Below, in pieces: positions 1 to 9,072 of a DNA stretch of 64,000 nt (its first letter is position 1; every line of letters starts with the position of its first letter). The notes below the pieces were generated by a model. It did no database searches. It saw only the letters and a list, made by a program, of their open reading frames with translations, and was not told where the DNA came from. The position numbers and the translations under genes were made by a program. Location: the NCBI GenBank assembly GCA_044508875.1, contig JBIQHE010000020.1, positions 3,402 through 67,401 of the forward strand, given 5' to 3'. The DNA is from Sphingomonadales bacterium (GTDB lineage: Bacteria; Pseudomonadota; Alphaproteobacteria; Sphingomonadales; Sphingomonadaceae).

Positions 1-200
1 GGGTGCAGCACAGCGAAATTCTCGGCAACAGCTTCGAGAAGTCAGCGCCGCTCGTCGTCGTCCACACGGTCGGCAAACCTCACACGCGCATCAGCGGCAA
101 CGCCTTTCGCGCCACCCCCGCGCCGCGCATCGAGGAACTGGTCTACAAGGGGCCGCTGCGCGCCATACTCGCGGGCAATCTCACGGATGGCCGCCCATGA
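1..200 (+). CDS. 3' end of an ORF that starts upstream of the window; function not assignable
   Basis: The frame is open from the window edge to TGA at 198-200. The stop overlaps the next ATG (ATGA at 197-200), suggesting co-transcription with the lyase gene. No diagnostic motif in the 65 aa available. Confidence 0.35.
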   Translation, partial: VQHSEILGNSFEKSAPLVVVHTVGKPHTRISGNAFRATPAPRIEELVYKGPLRAILAGNLTDGRP

Positions 201-2356
201 CCCGAACACTCGCGCTACTCCTCGCAGCAAGCGCGTTGCCGCTTGCGGCAGCGCCGGCATCCGGGCAGCCTTCATCCGCGCAGCCGGCCTATGCTCCGCT
301 CTTCGCAGCCGAGATTACCGGCGCAAAGCGCGATCTTGACGCCTCAATCAAGGCGGGAATCAACGTGCCGGTGCCCAAGGATCCGGGGGGCGGCTTCACC
401 CACGAACAGCACAAGCGCAATTACCGGATCATCTTCGAGGGTGGCCAGCTTTACCGGCTCACCGGCGACCGGCGCTATCTCGATCATGTCCGCGACATGC
501 TGCTCGCCTATGCCGAGCTCTATCCGGCGCTCGGGCCGCACCCCGCCGCAGCAAACCAGGTGCCCGGGCGTCTGTTCTGGCAGAGCCTCAACGACAGCGT
601 CTTCCTCGTCAACGCGGTCCAAGGCTATGCCGAGATCCGCAAGGCGCTCTCCGCCGAGGACCGCCGCCGCATTGACGAGGGCGTCATTCGCCCGATGGCG
701 CGATTCCTCTCCGACGGTTCGCCTCAGGTCATCAATCGCATCCACAATCATGCGACCTGGGCGTGCGCCGGGGTCGGTCTCGCTGGCTATCTCCTCGGCG
801 ACCGCGATCTGGTCGACAAGGCGCTGATGGGGCTCGACAAGAGCGGAAAGGCGGGCTTCCTGCGCCAGCTTGATCTGCTGTTTTCGCCCGACGGCTATTA
901 TGCCGAGGGCCCCTACTATCAGCGTTACGCGCTCCAGCCTTTCGTCGTCTTCGCCGCCGCGATCGAAGCGAACGAGCCGCAGCGCAAGATTTTCGACTAT
1001 CGGGACGGCATCGTGCTGAAAGCGGTTCGCACCGCAATCGACGTCACCCATTCGGGTTATTTCATTCCGATCAACGACGCGATGCCCGACAAAAGCCTGC
1101 GTACCGAAGAACTTTATCATGGCGTTGCGATTGCCTACGCCGCGACGCACGACCCCACCTTCCTGTCGATCGCCGAGTGGCAGGGTCGTACGGTCCTCAC
1201 GCCGGCCGGGCAGATGCTCGCCGCCGATGTCGCTGCGGGAAAAGCAAGACCCTGGCCTTTCACTTCGCGCCTGCTGGGGGACGGTCCCGACGGCAAGCAG
1301 GGCGCACTCGTTCTCCTGCGCGAGAGTCGCGGAACCAATGGTCCGCTTCTGGTCGCCAAGAACAGCGTGCAGGGCATGGGACACGGCCACTTCGACCGCC
1401 TCAACTGGCTCTATTATGACGAGACCGGCGCGGTCGTGACCGACTATGGCGCCGCACGCTTCCTCAACGTCGAGGCGAAGCGCGGCGGGCGCTACCTCCC
1501 CGAGAATGACAGCTGGGCGAGCGCGACCGTCGCGCACAACACGCTCGTCGTCGACGAGCAAAGCCAGTTCGGCGGCCAATGGAAGGTGGGTGAAACGGTA
1601 CCGACGCGTCAGCTTTCAGCCGGCCTCGACGCCCCGACCCGCTGGTCGATCGCCGAAATTGAAGGCGCATATCCCGGCGTCACCATCCGCCGCGCGCTCG
1701 TCATGCTCAACGTCGACGGCCTTTCAAATCCGCTGATCCTCGATATCCTCCACGGAACTGGCAGCGGCAGGCATCGCTATGACCTGCCGCTGCATTTTTC
1801 GGGACATATCATCGACAGCGACATTGCGTTCGACCAGCATCTGGCCGAGCGGCCGGTGCTGGGAAGCGCCAACGGTTATCAGCATCTATGGGTCGACGGT
1901 GAAGGGACCCGCAACGGCGCGGCGCGCCTCACCTTCATGCAGGACAGCCGCTTTTACTCTTACCACATGGCGCCCCCCAAGGGCGCCCGCTTCATCCTCG
2001 CCGAAAGCGGCGCGAATGATCCCGAATTCAATCTTCGCCGCGAACCCGCGCTGATCCAGCGCGTCGACGGCGCCGCCGCGACGACCTTCGTCAGCCTGCT
2101 CGAACCGCACGGGCGCTATGACGCCTCGTCCGAAGCGGTGGTAGCGAGCAGTTCGCGCATCGGCTCGCTCGCGCACCGGCGCGAGGACGGCGCCGACATC
2201 GTGCTGATCACCTTCGTCGATGGCCAACGCCTTGCCGTCGCGATCGCCGACGACACCTCGGCGGATGCAAGCCACCACGCGACCGTCGCCGGTCGCAGCC
2301 TCGCCTGGACCGGCCCCGTCGGCCGCCTCGACCTCGCCAAGGGAGACGCTCAATGA
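197..2356 (+). CDS. PL17-like oligoalginate lyase / heparinase II/III family polysaccharide lyase (exported)
   Basis: 719 aa with an N-terminal signal-like LALLLAASALPLAAAPASG. Alginate-lyase-type toroid motifs (NHATWACAG, YYQRYAL) are followed by heparinase II/III-type His/metal motifs (HGHFDRLNW, HNTLVVD). This domain order is typical of PL17 enzymes. Confidence 0.7.
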   Translation: MTRTLALLLAASALPLAAAPASGQPSSAQPAYAPLFAAEITGAKRDLDASIKAGINVPVPKDPGGGFTHEQHKRNYRIIFEGGQLYRLTGDRRYLDHVRDMLLAYAELYPALGPHPAAANQVPGRLFWQSLNDSVFLVNAVQGYAEIRKALSAEDRRRIDEGVIRPMARFLSDGSPQVINRIHNHATWACAGVGLAGYLLGDRDLVDKALMGLDKSGKAGFLRQLDLLFSPDGYYAEGPYYQRYALQPFVVFAAAIEANEPQRKIFDYRDGIVLKAVRTAIDVTHSGYFIPINDAMPDKSLRTEELYHGVAIAYAATHDPTFLSIAEWQGRTVLTPAGQMLAADVAAGKARPWPFTSRLLGDGPDGKQGALVLLRESRGTNGPLLVAKNSVQGMGHGHFDRLNWLYYDETGAVVTDYGAARFLNVEAKRGGRYLPENDSWASATVAHNTLVVDEQSQFGGQWKVGETVPTRQLSAGLDAPTRWSIAEIEGAYPGVTIRRALVMLNVDGLSNPLILDILHGTGSGRHRYDLPLHFSGHIIDSDIAFDQHLAERPVLGSANGYQHLWVDGEGTRNGAARLTFMQDSRFYSYHMAPPKGARFILAESGANDPEFNLRREPALIQRVDGAAATTFVSLLEPHGRYDASSEAVVASSSRIGSLAHRREDGADIVLITFVDGQRLAVAIADDTSADASHHATVAGRSLAWTGPVGRLDLAKGDAQ

Positions 2357-3627
2357 AGGGGCATTTGCGCTGGTGCGTGATCGGCCTGATCGGCCTTGCC
2401 ACCGTGATCAACTATATCGACCGCAATGCGCTCGCGGTGATGTGGCCCGAGGTGTCGAAGGACATCGGCGCGACCAAGGAAGACTATGCGCTCCTGGTGA
2501 CGATCTTCATGATCGCCTACGCCTTCGGCCAGTCGCTCTTCGGTCGGGTCTTCGACGCAATCGGGACGCGGCTCGGCTTTACAGTCTCGATCCTTTTCTG
2601 GTCGCTATCGATCGCCGCGCACGCCCTGGTCCGCTCGATGCCGCTGCTCGGCGTTCTGCGCGCAACGCTGGGTGTCAGCGAGGCAGGCAACTGGCCTGGC
2701 GCCGCCAAGGCGAATGCGCTCTGGTTCCCCTCGCGTGAGCGCGCGCTCGCGCAGGGCATCTTCAATGCCGGAGCGTCTCTTGGCGGCATCGTATCGGCGC
2801 CGCTCGTCGCCCTGCTCTTCGTGCAGTTCGGGTGGCGCGGTACCTTTGTGTTCGTCGGCATCCTTGGACTGATCTGGCTCGTGCCGTGGCTCTGGTTCTA
2901 CAAGGCTGATCCCGACGCCAACCCGCGTCTCAGCGCCGAGGAACGCGCCTATATTCTCGCCGGCCGTAGCGAGGCTGGCCGCGCCGATGACCGGCGTATG
3001 CCGCTTGGAGAACTGCTACGCTACCGTCAAAGCTGGGCTGTCATCCTGTCGCGCTTCTTCCTCGATCCGGTCTGGTGGCTGTTTGTGTCATGGCTGCCGA
3101 TCTATCTTGCCGAAACCTTCGGCTTCGACGTCAAGCAGATCGGGCTCTTTGCCTGGGTTCCTTTCGTCGGCGCAATGCTTGGCAGTCTGTTTGGGGGCTT
3201 TTTCGCGGGGCGGATCATCGACCGCGGCGGCAGCGTCCACAGGGCGCGCACACTCTCCATCGGGATCGGCTGTGCCATCATGCTGCCCGCCCTGCTCTTC
3301 ACGATCCGCGCCGCTGACCCGTTGACCGCGGTGCTGCTGATCGCGTGCATCCTCTTCGGATTCCAGACGGCGATCGGCAATATCCAGACGCTGCCGAGCG
3401 ACTGGTTCGGCGGCGGCGCAGTCGGCAGCCTTGCCGGGATCAGCGGCACCGCCGCGGTCGCGGGAACGCTGATAACCACCTGGCTTGTTCCGGTGCTGAC
3501 GAAGACCAGCTACGCGCCGATTTTCGCGCTGTCGGCCGCAATCGTCCCGCTATCATTTCTTGCCTTCCGACTGATCGGCGGCCGCGTCGAACCGGTCGCC
3601 ACCCCATCCCAACCCACCCAAGAATAA
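2353..3627 (+). CDS. MFS transporter, ExuT/ACS-type (hexuronate-like substrate)
   Basis: 424 aa, multi-TM. N-terminal INYIDRNALAVMWP and the GRVFDAIGTR loop are typical of ACS-family MFS. ATGA overlap with the lyase stop. Confidence 0.8.
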   Translation: MKGHLRWCVIGLIGLATVINYIDRNALAVMWPEVSKDIGATKEDYALLVTIFMIAYAFGQSLFGRVFDAIGTRLGFTVSILFWSLSIAAHALVRSMPLLGVLRATLGVSEAGNWPGAAKANALWFPSRERALAQGIFNAGASLGGIVSAPLVALLFVQFGWRGTFVFVGILGLIWLVPWLWFYKADPDANPRLSAEERAYILAGRSEAGRADDRRMPLGELLRYRQSWAVILSRFFLDPVWWLFVSWLPIYLAETFGFDVKQIGLFAWVPFVGAMLGSLFGGFFAGRIIDRGGSVHRARTLSIGIGCAIMLPALLFTIRAADPLTAVLLIACILFGFQTAIGNIQTLPSDWFGGGAVGSLAGISGTAAVAGTLITTWLVPVLTKTSYAPIFALSAAIVPLSFLAFRLIGGRVEPVATPSQPTQE

Positions 3628-3631
3628 GGAA

Positions 3632-4393
3632 TTGCATCACATGAACCTCCAGGGGAAAACCGCCCTTGTCACCGGTGGCGGCCGCGATATCGGCCGATCG
3701 GTCTCGATTGCCCTTGCCCGCGCGGGCGCGCGCGTTGCGATCAACTACAACAGCGGCCGCGAAGCGGCTGAAGAGACGCTCGCCGCGATCAAGGCCGCGG
3801 GCGGCGAAGCCTTCCTTATCCAGGCCGACGTCACCGACAGCAGCGCCGTGAGGGCGATGCTCGACGAGATCGGGATCGCATTCAGCGGCCGGCTCGACAT
3901 TCTCGTCAACCTCGCGGGCGGCATGGTCGCGCGCAAGACGCTCGGCGAGATGGACGAAGCCTTCTTTGACCAGGTGATGACGCTCAATCTCAAATCGGCC
4001 TTTCTTGTCCTGAAAGGGGCGCTGCCCTTCCTCGGGGAAGGTTCTGCGGTTGTGAACGTGTCGAGTCTCGCCGGTCGCGACGGCGGCGGACCCGGCGCGT
4101 CGGTCTATGCGACCGCGAAGGGAGCGATGATGACCTGGACGCGGTCGATGGCGAAGGAGCTCGGCCCGCAGGGCATCCGCGTCAACGCGGTCTGCCCCGG
4201 CCTCATTGGCACCAGCTTCCACGATATCTTCTCAAAGCCCGAAGGGCGCGCCGCGACCGCGGGCAACACGCCGCTGCGCCGTGAAGGCCATCCCGACGAA
4301 GTTGCCGACAGCATCACCTACCTTGCATCGCCGGCCGCAAGCTTCCTCACCGGCGTGTGCCTCGACATCAACGGCGGCCTCGCCTTCTCTTAA
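3632..4393 (+). CDS. SDR family oxidoreductase; by context a candidate 4-deoxy-L-erythro-5-hexoseulose uronate (DEH) reductase
   Basis: 253 aa with a TGGGRDIG Rossmann motif, NLAGG, and a catalytic S...YATAK (YxxxK). Starts 5 nt after the transporter gene. Confidence 0.8.
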   Translation: MHHMNLQGKTALVTGGGRDIGRSVSIALARAGARVAINYNSGREAAEETLAAIKAAGGEAFLIQADVTDSSAVRAMLDEIGIAFSGRLDILVNLAGGMVARKTLGEMDEAFFDQVMTLNLKSAFLVLKGALPFLGEGSAVVNVSSLAGRDGGGPGASVYATAKGAMMTWTRSMAKELGPQGIRVNAVCPGLIGTSFHDIFSKPEGRAATAGNTPLRREGHPDEVADSITYLASPAASFLTGVCLDINGGLAFS

Positions 4394-4407
4394 GCGGGAG
4401 ATCCTAA

Positions 4408-5256
4408 ATGCGCCGACTGATCACGAGCCTCGTCGCTGCCACGGTTCTCGCCGGCGGGGCGCAGGCCACCGAGCGCGCGCGCACCGACGCGCCCCCGCTT
4501 GCGCCCTACAAGATCATTCTTGTCGGGGATTCGACGATGGCGCCGCATAGCGGCTGGGGCGGCGCCTTTTGCGCCAAGCACGTCAAATCGTCGGTCGCCT
4601 GTCTTAACACCGGCCGCGGCGGGCGCAGCACGCGCAGCTATCGTCAGGAAGGCTCGTGGGCCATCGCGCTCGCGGAGGCGAAGGTCGCTGGATATCGGGG
4701 CACTTTTGTGCTGATCCAGTTCGGGCACAACGACCAGTCGAGCAAGGCTGAACGCTGGACTGATGAAACCACCGAGTTCCCCGCAAACTTGAAACGATTC
4801 GTCGCCGAGGTGCGCGCGGCCGGCGCAACTCCGGTGCTTCTCACGCCACTAACCCGCCGCGAGTTTCGCGATGGCAAGCTCCAGAACACGCTCGAGAGCT
4901 GGTCGGATCAGGTGCGCGCGGTCGCAAAGGCCGAGGGCGTGCCCCTCGTCGACCTCAACGCGCTGAGCGCTGCGCAGACGCAGCAGATGGGGGCGGAAAC
5001 TGCAACCCAGCTCGCGCAGGAGCCGCCGACGGCGGAGGAGCTTGCGGCCGCGAAAGCCGGAACGACGCTCAAGGCGCGCCCTGCGCCGCCGCCGCCGCCG
5101 CCGCCTCGGGTCGAGGGGAAAGGACCCCGCGGCCAAATGACCCGAAAGTTCGACTACACGCACCTCGGCGACGTCGGGGCGGAAGTCGTCGCCAAGCTTG
5201 TCACGCAGGCGCTCGCCCAGGCCGTTCCCGACCTGCGCAGTCAACTCGTCCGTTAG
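4408..5256 (+). CDS. SGNH/GDSL hydrolase, rhamnogalacturonan-acetylesterase-like (exported carbohydrate esterase)
   Basis: 282 aa with a signal peptide. SGNH block I GDSTMA, block III GHNDQ, block V DYTHL. Contains a Pro-rich insert, PAPPPPPPPR. Confidence 0.75.
   Translation: MRRLITSLVAATVLAGGAQATERARTDAPPLAPYKIILVGDSTMAPHSGWGGAFCAKHVKSSVACLNTGRGGRSTRSYRQEGSWAIALAEAKVAGYRGTFVLIQFGHNDQSSKAERWTDETTEFPANLKRFVAEVRAAGATPVLLTPLTRREFRDGKLQNTLESWSDQVRAVAKAEGVPLVDLNALSAAQTQQMGAETATQLAQEPPTAEELAAAKAGTTLKARPAPPPPPPPRVEGKGPRGQMTRKFDYTHLGDVGAEVVAKLVTQALAQAVPDLRSQLVR
5086..5103 (+). repeat. (CCG)6 trinucleotide repeat encoding part of a PPPPPPP run
   Basis: Read directly: ccg x6 in frame inside the SGNH gene, flanked by cct gcg and cct cgg. 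Confidence 0.9.
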
Positions 5257-5268
5257 CACCTGACGGCT

Positions 5269-5281
5269 CTGGACTGTCCAG
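5269..5281. promoter_or_regulatory. Perfect palindrome CTGGAC-T-GTCCAG between the esterase and TonB-receptor genes (candidate operator or small hairpin)
   Basis: Read directly. 13 nt downstream of the esterase stop and about 90 nt upstream of the receptor start. Confidence 0.3.
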
Positions 5282-5303
5282 TTTGCCTGCCACGATGGTT
5301 GAC

Positions 5304-5320
5304 AAACTGGTATAGATATT
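5304..5320. promoter_or_regulatory. Candidate GntR/FadR-type (UxuR/ExuR-like) operator upstream of the TonB-dependent receptor
   Basis: AAACTGGTATAGATATT matches about 13 of 17 positions of the enterobacterial UxuR/ExuR box AAATTGGTATACCAATT as I recall it. A TTGACA hexamer sits at 5299-5304. Confidence 0.3.
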
Positions 5321-5368
5321 CGACTAGCCGGTTCCGAAAAGACTCGATTTACCAAGGGGAGAGATACA

Positions 5369-8215
5369 GTGAATTCTCGCAATCCGACCCGCGCGCTGCG
5401 CGCCGCGCTTCTCGCAGGGACCGGCCCGATGCTCATTGTTGCAATGCCTGCAGCGGCGCAGGACGCGGGTGCTGCGGCTCAGGATGATAGTGATGCGATC
5501 GTCGTCTCGGGCATCCGCGAAACGATCCAGAGCTCGATCGAGGCAAAGCGCCGCGAGACCGCGATTGTCGACACGTTGGCGGCCGATGATATCGGCGACA
5601 TTCCCGCCATCTCGGTCGGCCAGGCAATCCAGACAATCACTGGCGCCACGACTCACCGCGAAAAAGGGGATGCGTCCGAAATCGCCCTGCGCGGCCTCGG
5701 CCCTTTCCTTTCGAACTCGACGTTCAACGGCCGCGACGCGACCAATGGCAGCGGCGACCGCTCGGTCAATTTCAACCAGTTCCCCTCCGAACTGGTCAAC
5801 GAGATCAAAATCTACAAGACGCAGCAGGCAAATCTTGTCGAGGGTGGTGTCGCCGGCACGATCGAGATTGGCACGCTGCGTCCGCTCGATTATGGCAGAA
5901 CGCGAATTCAGGGCGAGCTCAAGGCCCAATATAATCCCTATGGAGACCGCATCGTCGGCGGCAGCGGCGGGGTCGGCTGGCGCGGCACGGTGAGCTATGT
6001 CGACCAGTTCGCGAATGACACCATCGGTATCTCGATCGGCTTCCAGCGCAACGACACGAACAATCCCGAAGAGACCTACGCCGCGAGCACCACCTGGACC
6101 GCGTGCCGCGCCGACGTCACGGTCATCAATAATAATTGCACCGAACTCAGCCGTGATAATTATGGCGACGGAATTCCCTATTATCTCGTCCCCAACAGCT
6201 ACATATTCCGCCAGATTAGCGAGACCGACCAGCGCGACGCCGTGTTCGGTGCAATTCAATGGCGTCCCTCGGACCGGTTCAACATCAACCTCGACCTTCA
6301 ATATTCGGACCGCACCTTTGTCGAGAACCGACGCGATCTGACCATCTCGGAGGCGCGGCGCAGCCTCACCAATGTCGAGTTTGATGAAAATGGCATCGTC
6401 TCGCACCTGGAAGGGGCAAGTTCGCTCGAATCCAACGGCTCGACGCTGACGCGCTCGGAGGAATATCTGGGCGGCGGCCTTTCGGTCGAATGGACCCCCT
6501 CGGACCGGCTGACCCTCACGGCGGATGGGTCATACTCACGCACGATCCGTTCCGAAACCGAGCGCAATTTCCGCCTGCGCACCGACCGGATGGACGTCAA
6601 CGGGGTCCGCACCGAGATCGACAATCAGCGCATTCCCTATATCTATGATATCGCGCCGGGCAGCTTTATCCCGACGATCACGATCGATCCGCGCTTCGAC
6701 CTCAACAACCACGATCTTTTCTGGGACGACGCGCGCTTCCGCCGCGACGAGAGCCGCCGTTACAACAAGATCGTCGCCGGACGCTTCGATGCCAAATATG
6801 AGCTCGATGGCTTCCTGAGCGCACTGTCCGCTGGCGTTCGCGTCGCGCAGCTCAAGTTCAGCGACTATGATGTGCGCAACGGCGATTTCAACGAAAACCC
6901 TGCAATTGAGGAAGATCGACGGATCAACAACATCTGCCGCCAGGCCTTTCCGCAGACCGATTATCTGAGCGACGCGCCGGGCAATAGCATCCACAGCTGG
7001 GCAACATTCGACGTCGATTGCCTGTTCCGCGAATATCTAGGGACCGAGGATCCGGGTCTTCCCGACGACCTGCGCTCGGTTTCCAACCGCGACGTCACCG
7101 AACGCACCTATGCGGGATATCTGATGGCCGATTATGACAGCGAGATCGGGTCGATGCCGGTTCGCGGCAATTTCGGCGTCCGCGTCGTCAAGACCGACGT
7201 GACCTCAAAAGGGCTCCGAAGCGATCTTATCCTCGTCGACAATGGCGATGGAACCTTCCACCTTGACGAGACGGGTGATTACGAAACCGAAACGATCAAG
7301 GCCAGCACCACGCGCATCCTGCCGAGCGTCAACGCCATCTTCGAGGTCGCGCCGAATACGCTGCTGCGCGTGGCGGGATATCGCGCCATGTCGCGTCCCA
7401 ACCCCAGTGCGCTGGGCGCGGGCCGGACCATTACGCTGGAGGATGGAGGCAGCTTCACCTCGATCGAAAATGCGATCGACAATGTTCGCGCCAATGGCAG
7501 TCCGCGCTTGAAGCCGCTGATGTCGTGGAACGCCGACGCCGCGCTCGAATGGTATCCCAACAAGGACACGATGCTTGCCGCGACGGTCTATTACAAGCAG
7601 TTTACCGGCGGATTTCAGCCGGTCGTCTATGACGAGACTTTCACAATCGACGGTCAGCAGGTCACAGTTCCGGTCACCCAGACGCGCAACAGCCCCGACA
7701 AGTCACGGGTCTACGGCCTCGAACTGACGGCGGCGACGCGCTTCAGCTTCCTGCCAAAGCCCCTCGACGGGCTGGGCGCGAAGGTCAGCTACAACTATGC
7801 CGACGCCAATTTCGAGAATGAGGATATTCGCCTCGGCGACATTTACGATCCTTACACCGAAACCGTGTCGCCGGGCCTGATCGCCCCTGCTGGCCTGTCG
7901 GGCTATTCCAAGCACGTTCTCTCGGCGCAGGCCTATTATGAGATCGGCCCGGTTTCCTTGCAGGCAATCTACAATTACCGGTCGAACTATTATCAGGACT
8001 TTGTCGGAGGCAACAGCCAGCTCCGCTTTGTCGCACCGAACGAAACCTTCGATTTCCGAGCTTCGCTGGCTCTGATGAAGGGGGTGTCGCTCCGGTTCGA
8101 GGCGCTCAATATCTTCAACGAGCCCAAGACAACGTACATGCCGGTCTACGGCAGCAGCCGCCAATATCATTATTACGGCTCCAAATATTTCGTCGGCATT
8201 CGCGCACGGATCTGA
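5369..8215 (+). CDS. TonB-dependent receptor (carbohydrate-type)
   Basis: 948 aa with a signal peptide. Plug region IVVSGIRETIQSSIEAKRRE...DIPAISVGQAIQ. C-terminal beta-barrel ending ...YFVGIRARI. Confidence 0.9.
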   Translation: MNSRNPTRALRAALLAGTGPMLIVAMPAAAQDAGAAAQDDSDAIVVSGIRETIQSSIEAKRRETAIVDTLAADDIGDIPAISVGQAIQTITGATTHREKGDASEIALRGLGPFLSNSTFNGRDATNGSGDRSVNFNQFPSELVNEIKIYKTQQANLVEGGVAGTIEIGTLRPLDYGRTRIQGELKAQYNPYGDRIVGGSGGVGWRGTVSYVDQFANDTIGISIGFQRNDTNNPEETYAASTTWTACRADVTVINNNCTELSRDNYGDGIPYYLVPNSYIFRQISETDQRDAVFGAIQWRPSDRFNINLDLQYSDRTFVENRRDLTISEARRSLTNVEFDENGIVSHLEGASSLESNGSTLTRSEEYLGGGLSVEWTPSDRLTLTADGSYSRTIRSETERNFRLRTDRMDVNGVRTEIDNQRIPYIYDIAPGSFIPTITIDPRFDLNNHDLFWDDARFRRDESRRYNKIVAGRFDAKYELDGFLSALSAGVRVAQLKFSDYDVRNGDFNENPAIEEDRRINNICRQAFPQTDYLSDAPGNSIHSWATFDVDCLFREYLGTEDPGLPDDLRSVSNRDVTERTYAGYLMADYDSEIGSMPVRGNFGVRVVKTDVTSKGLRSDLILVDNGDGTFHLDETGDYETETIKASTTRILPSVNAIFEVAPNTLLRVAGYRAMSRPNPSALGAGRTITLEDGGSFTSIENAIDNVRANGSPRLKPLMSWNADAALEWYPNKDTMLAATVYYKQFTGGFQPVVYDETFTIDGQQVTVPVTQTRNSPDKSRVYGLELTAATRFSFLPKPLDGLGAKVSYNYADANFENEDIRLGDIYDPYTETVSPGLIAPAGLSGYSKHVLSAQAYYEIGPVSLQAIYNYRSNYYQDFVGGNSQLRFVAPNETFDFRASLALMKGVSLRFEALNIFNEPKTTYMPVYGSSRQYHYYGSKYFVGIRARI

Positions 8216-8247
8216 CGGGGAGATGATGACGTGCGGTCATGGCTTCA

Positions 8248-8265
8248 AAATTGTCATACCTGATT
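8248..8265. promoter_or_regulatory. Candidate GntR-family operator upstream of the GntR gene (autoregulation)
   Basis: AAATTGTCATACCTGATT contains a GT-N3-AC core and matches about 13 of 18 positions of the UxuR/ExuR-type box (from memory). 42 nt upstream of the regulator ATG. Confidence 0.3.
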
Positions 8266-8306
8266 GTATGCAGGGGCTGATGCCTATGTGGGGAGACGAT
8301 TAAGCC

Positions 8307-9053
8307 ATGGCCGAACGCCGCCTTTTTGAAGATGTTGCCGATGCGATTCGCCGGCTGATTCTCGATGGAGTCTATCCGCCGGGAACGCGGCTGCCCGGGG
8401 AGCGTGAACTTTCCGAGCGCTTCGAGGTGAGCCGCGTGACGATCCGCGAGGCGGAGATCGCCCTGCAGGCAACGGGGTGGATCCATATCCGCACCGGCGC
8501 CGGCGCCTATGTCCAGGCAAAGCTGCCTGGCGATGGCGGCATCTTGCCTCAGGTCAGTGCCTTCGAGCTCACCGAAGCACGCTCGCTGTTCGAGGCCGAG
8601 GCGGCGGCGCTTGCCGCTCCGACCATCTCGGCTGAAACGCTCGAGAAGCTGGAAGGCCTGCTTGAGGCGATGGCGAACGAAGATGCGAGCGAGGACGAGA
8701 TCAACGTGATCGATCGCGAGTTTCACATGACGATCGCCGCTGCATCGAACAACAAGGCGATCATACATGTCATCGAAAGCCTGTGGCGAATGCGCCTTGA
8801 ACTGCCCGAAGTGCGCACCAGCCATTCGATGATCTGCCGCAAGGACGGTGCGGCGCGTCAGGCCGAACATGCCGGGGTGGTCGAGGCGCTCAGGAAGCGC
8901 GACGCGGGCGGAGCGCGGCTTGCGATGCGGCGCCATTTTAACCGCCTGCTCGAATCGATGCTCGACGAGACCGAGGAACGCGCAATGGTCGAACTGCGGC
9001 AGCGTGCCGCCGAAAGTCGCGAACGTTATCTCTTGAGCGCCAAGCTCGCCTGA
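8307..9053 (+). CDS. GntR family transcriptional regulator, FadR subfamily (FCD domain)
   Basis: 248 aa. Winged-HTH segment PGERELSERFEVSRVTIREAEIAL, plus an all-helical C-terminal domain. Confidence 0.9.
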   Translation: MAERRLFEDVADAIRRLILDGVYPPGTRLPGERELSERFEVSRVTIREAEIALQATGWIHIRTGAGAYVQAKLPGDGGILPQVSAFELTEARSLFEAEAAALAAPTISAETLEKLEGLLEAMANEDASEDEINVIDREFHMTIAAASNNKAIIHVIESLWRMRLELPEVRTSHSMICRKDGAARQAEHAGVVEALRKRDAGGARLAMRRHFNRLLESMLDETEERAMVELRQRAAESRERYLLSAKLA

Positions 9054-9072
9054 TGCGCCGCGCTTTTCTCCC

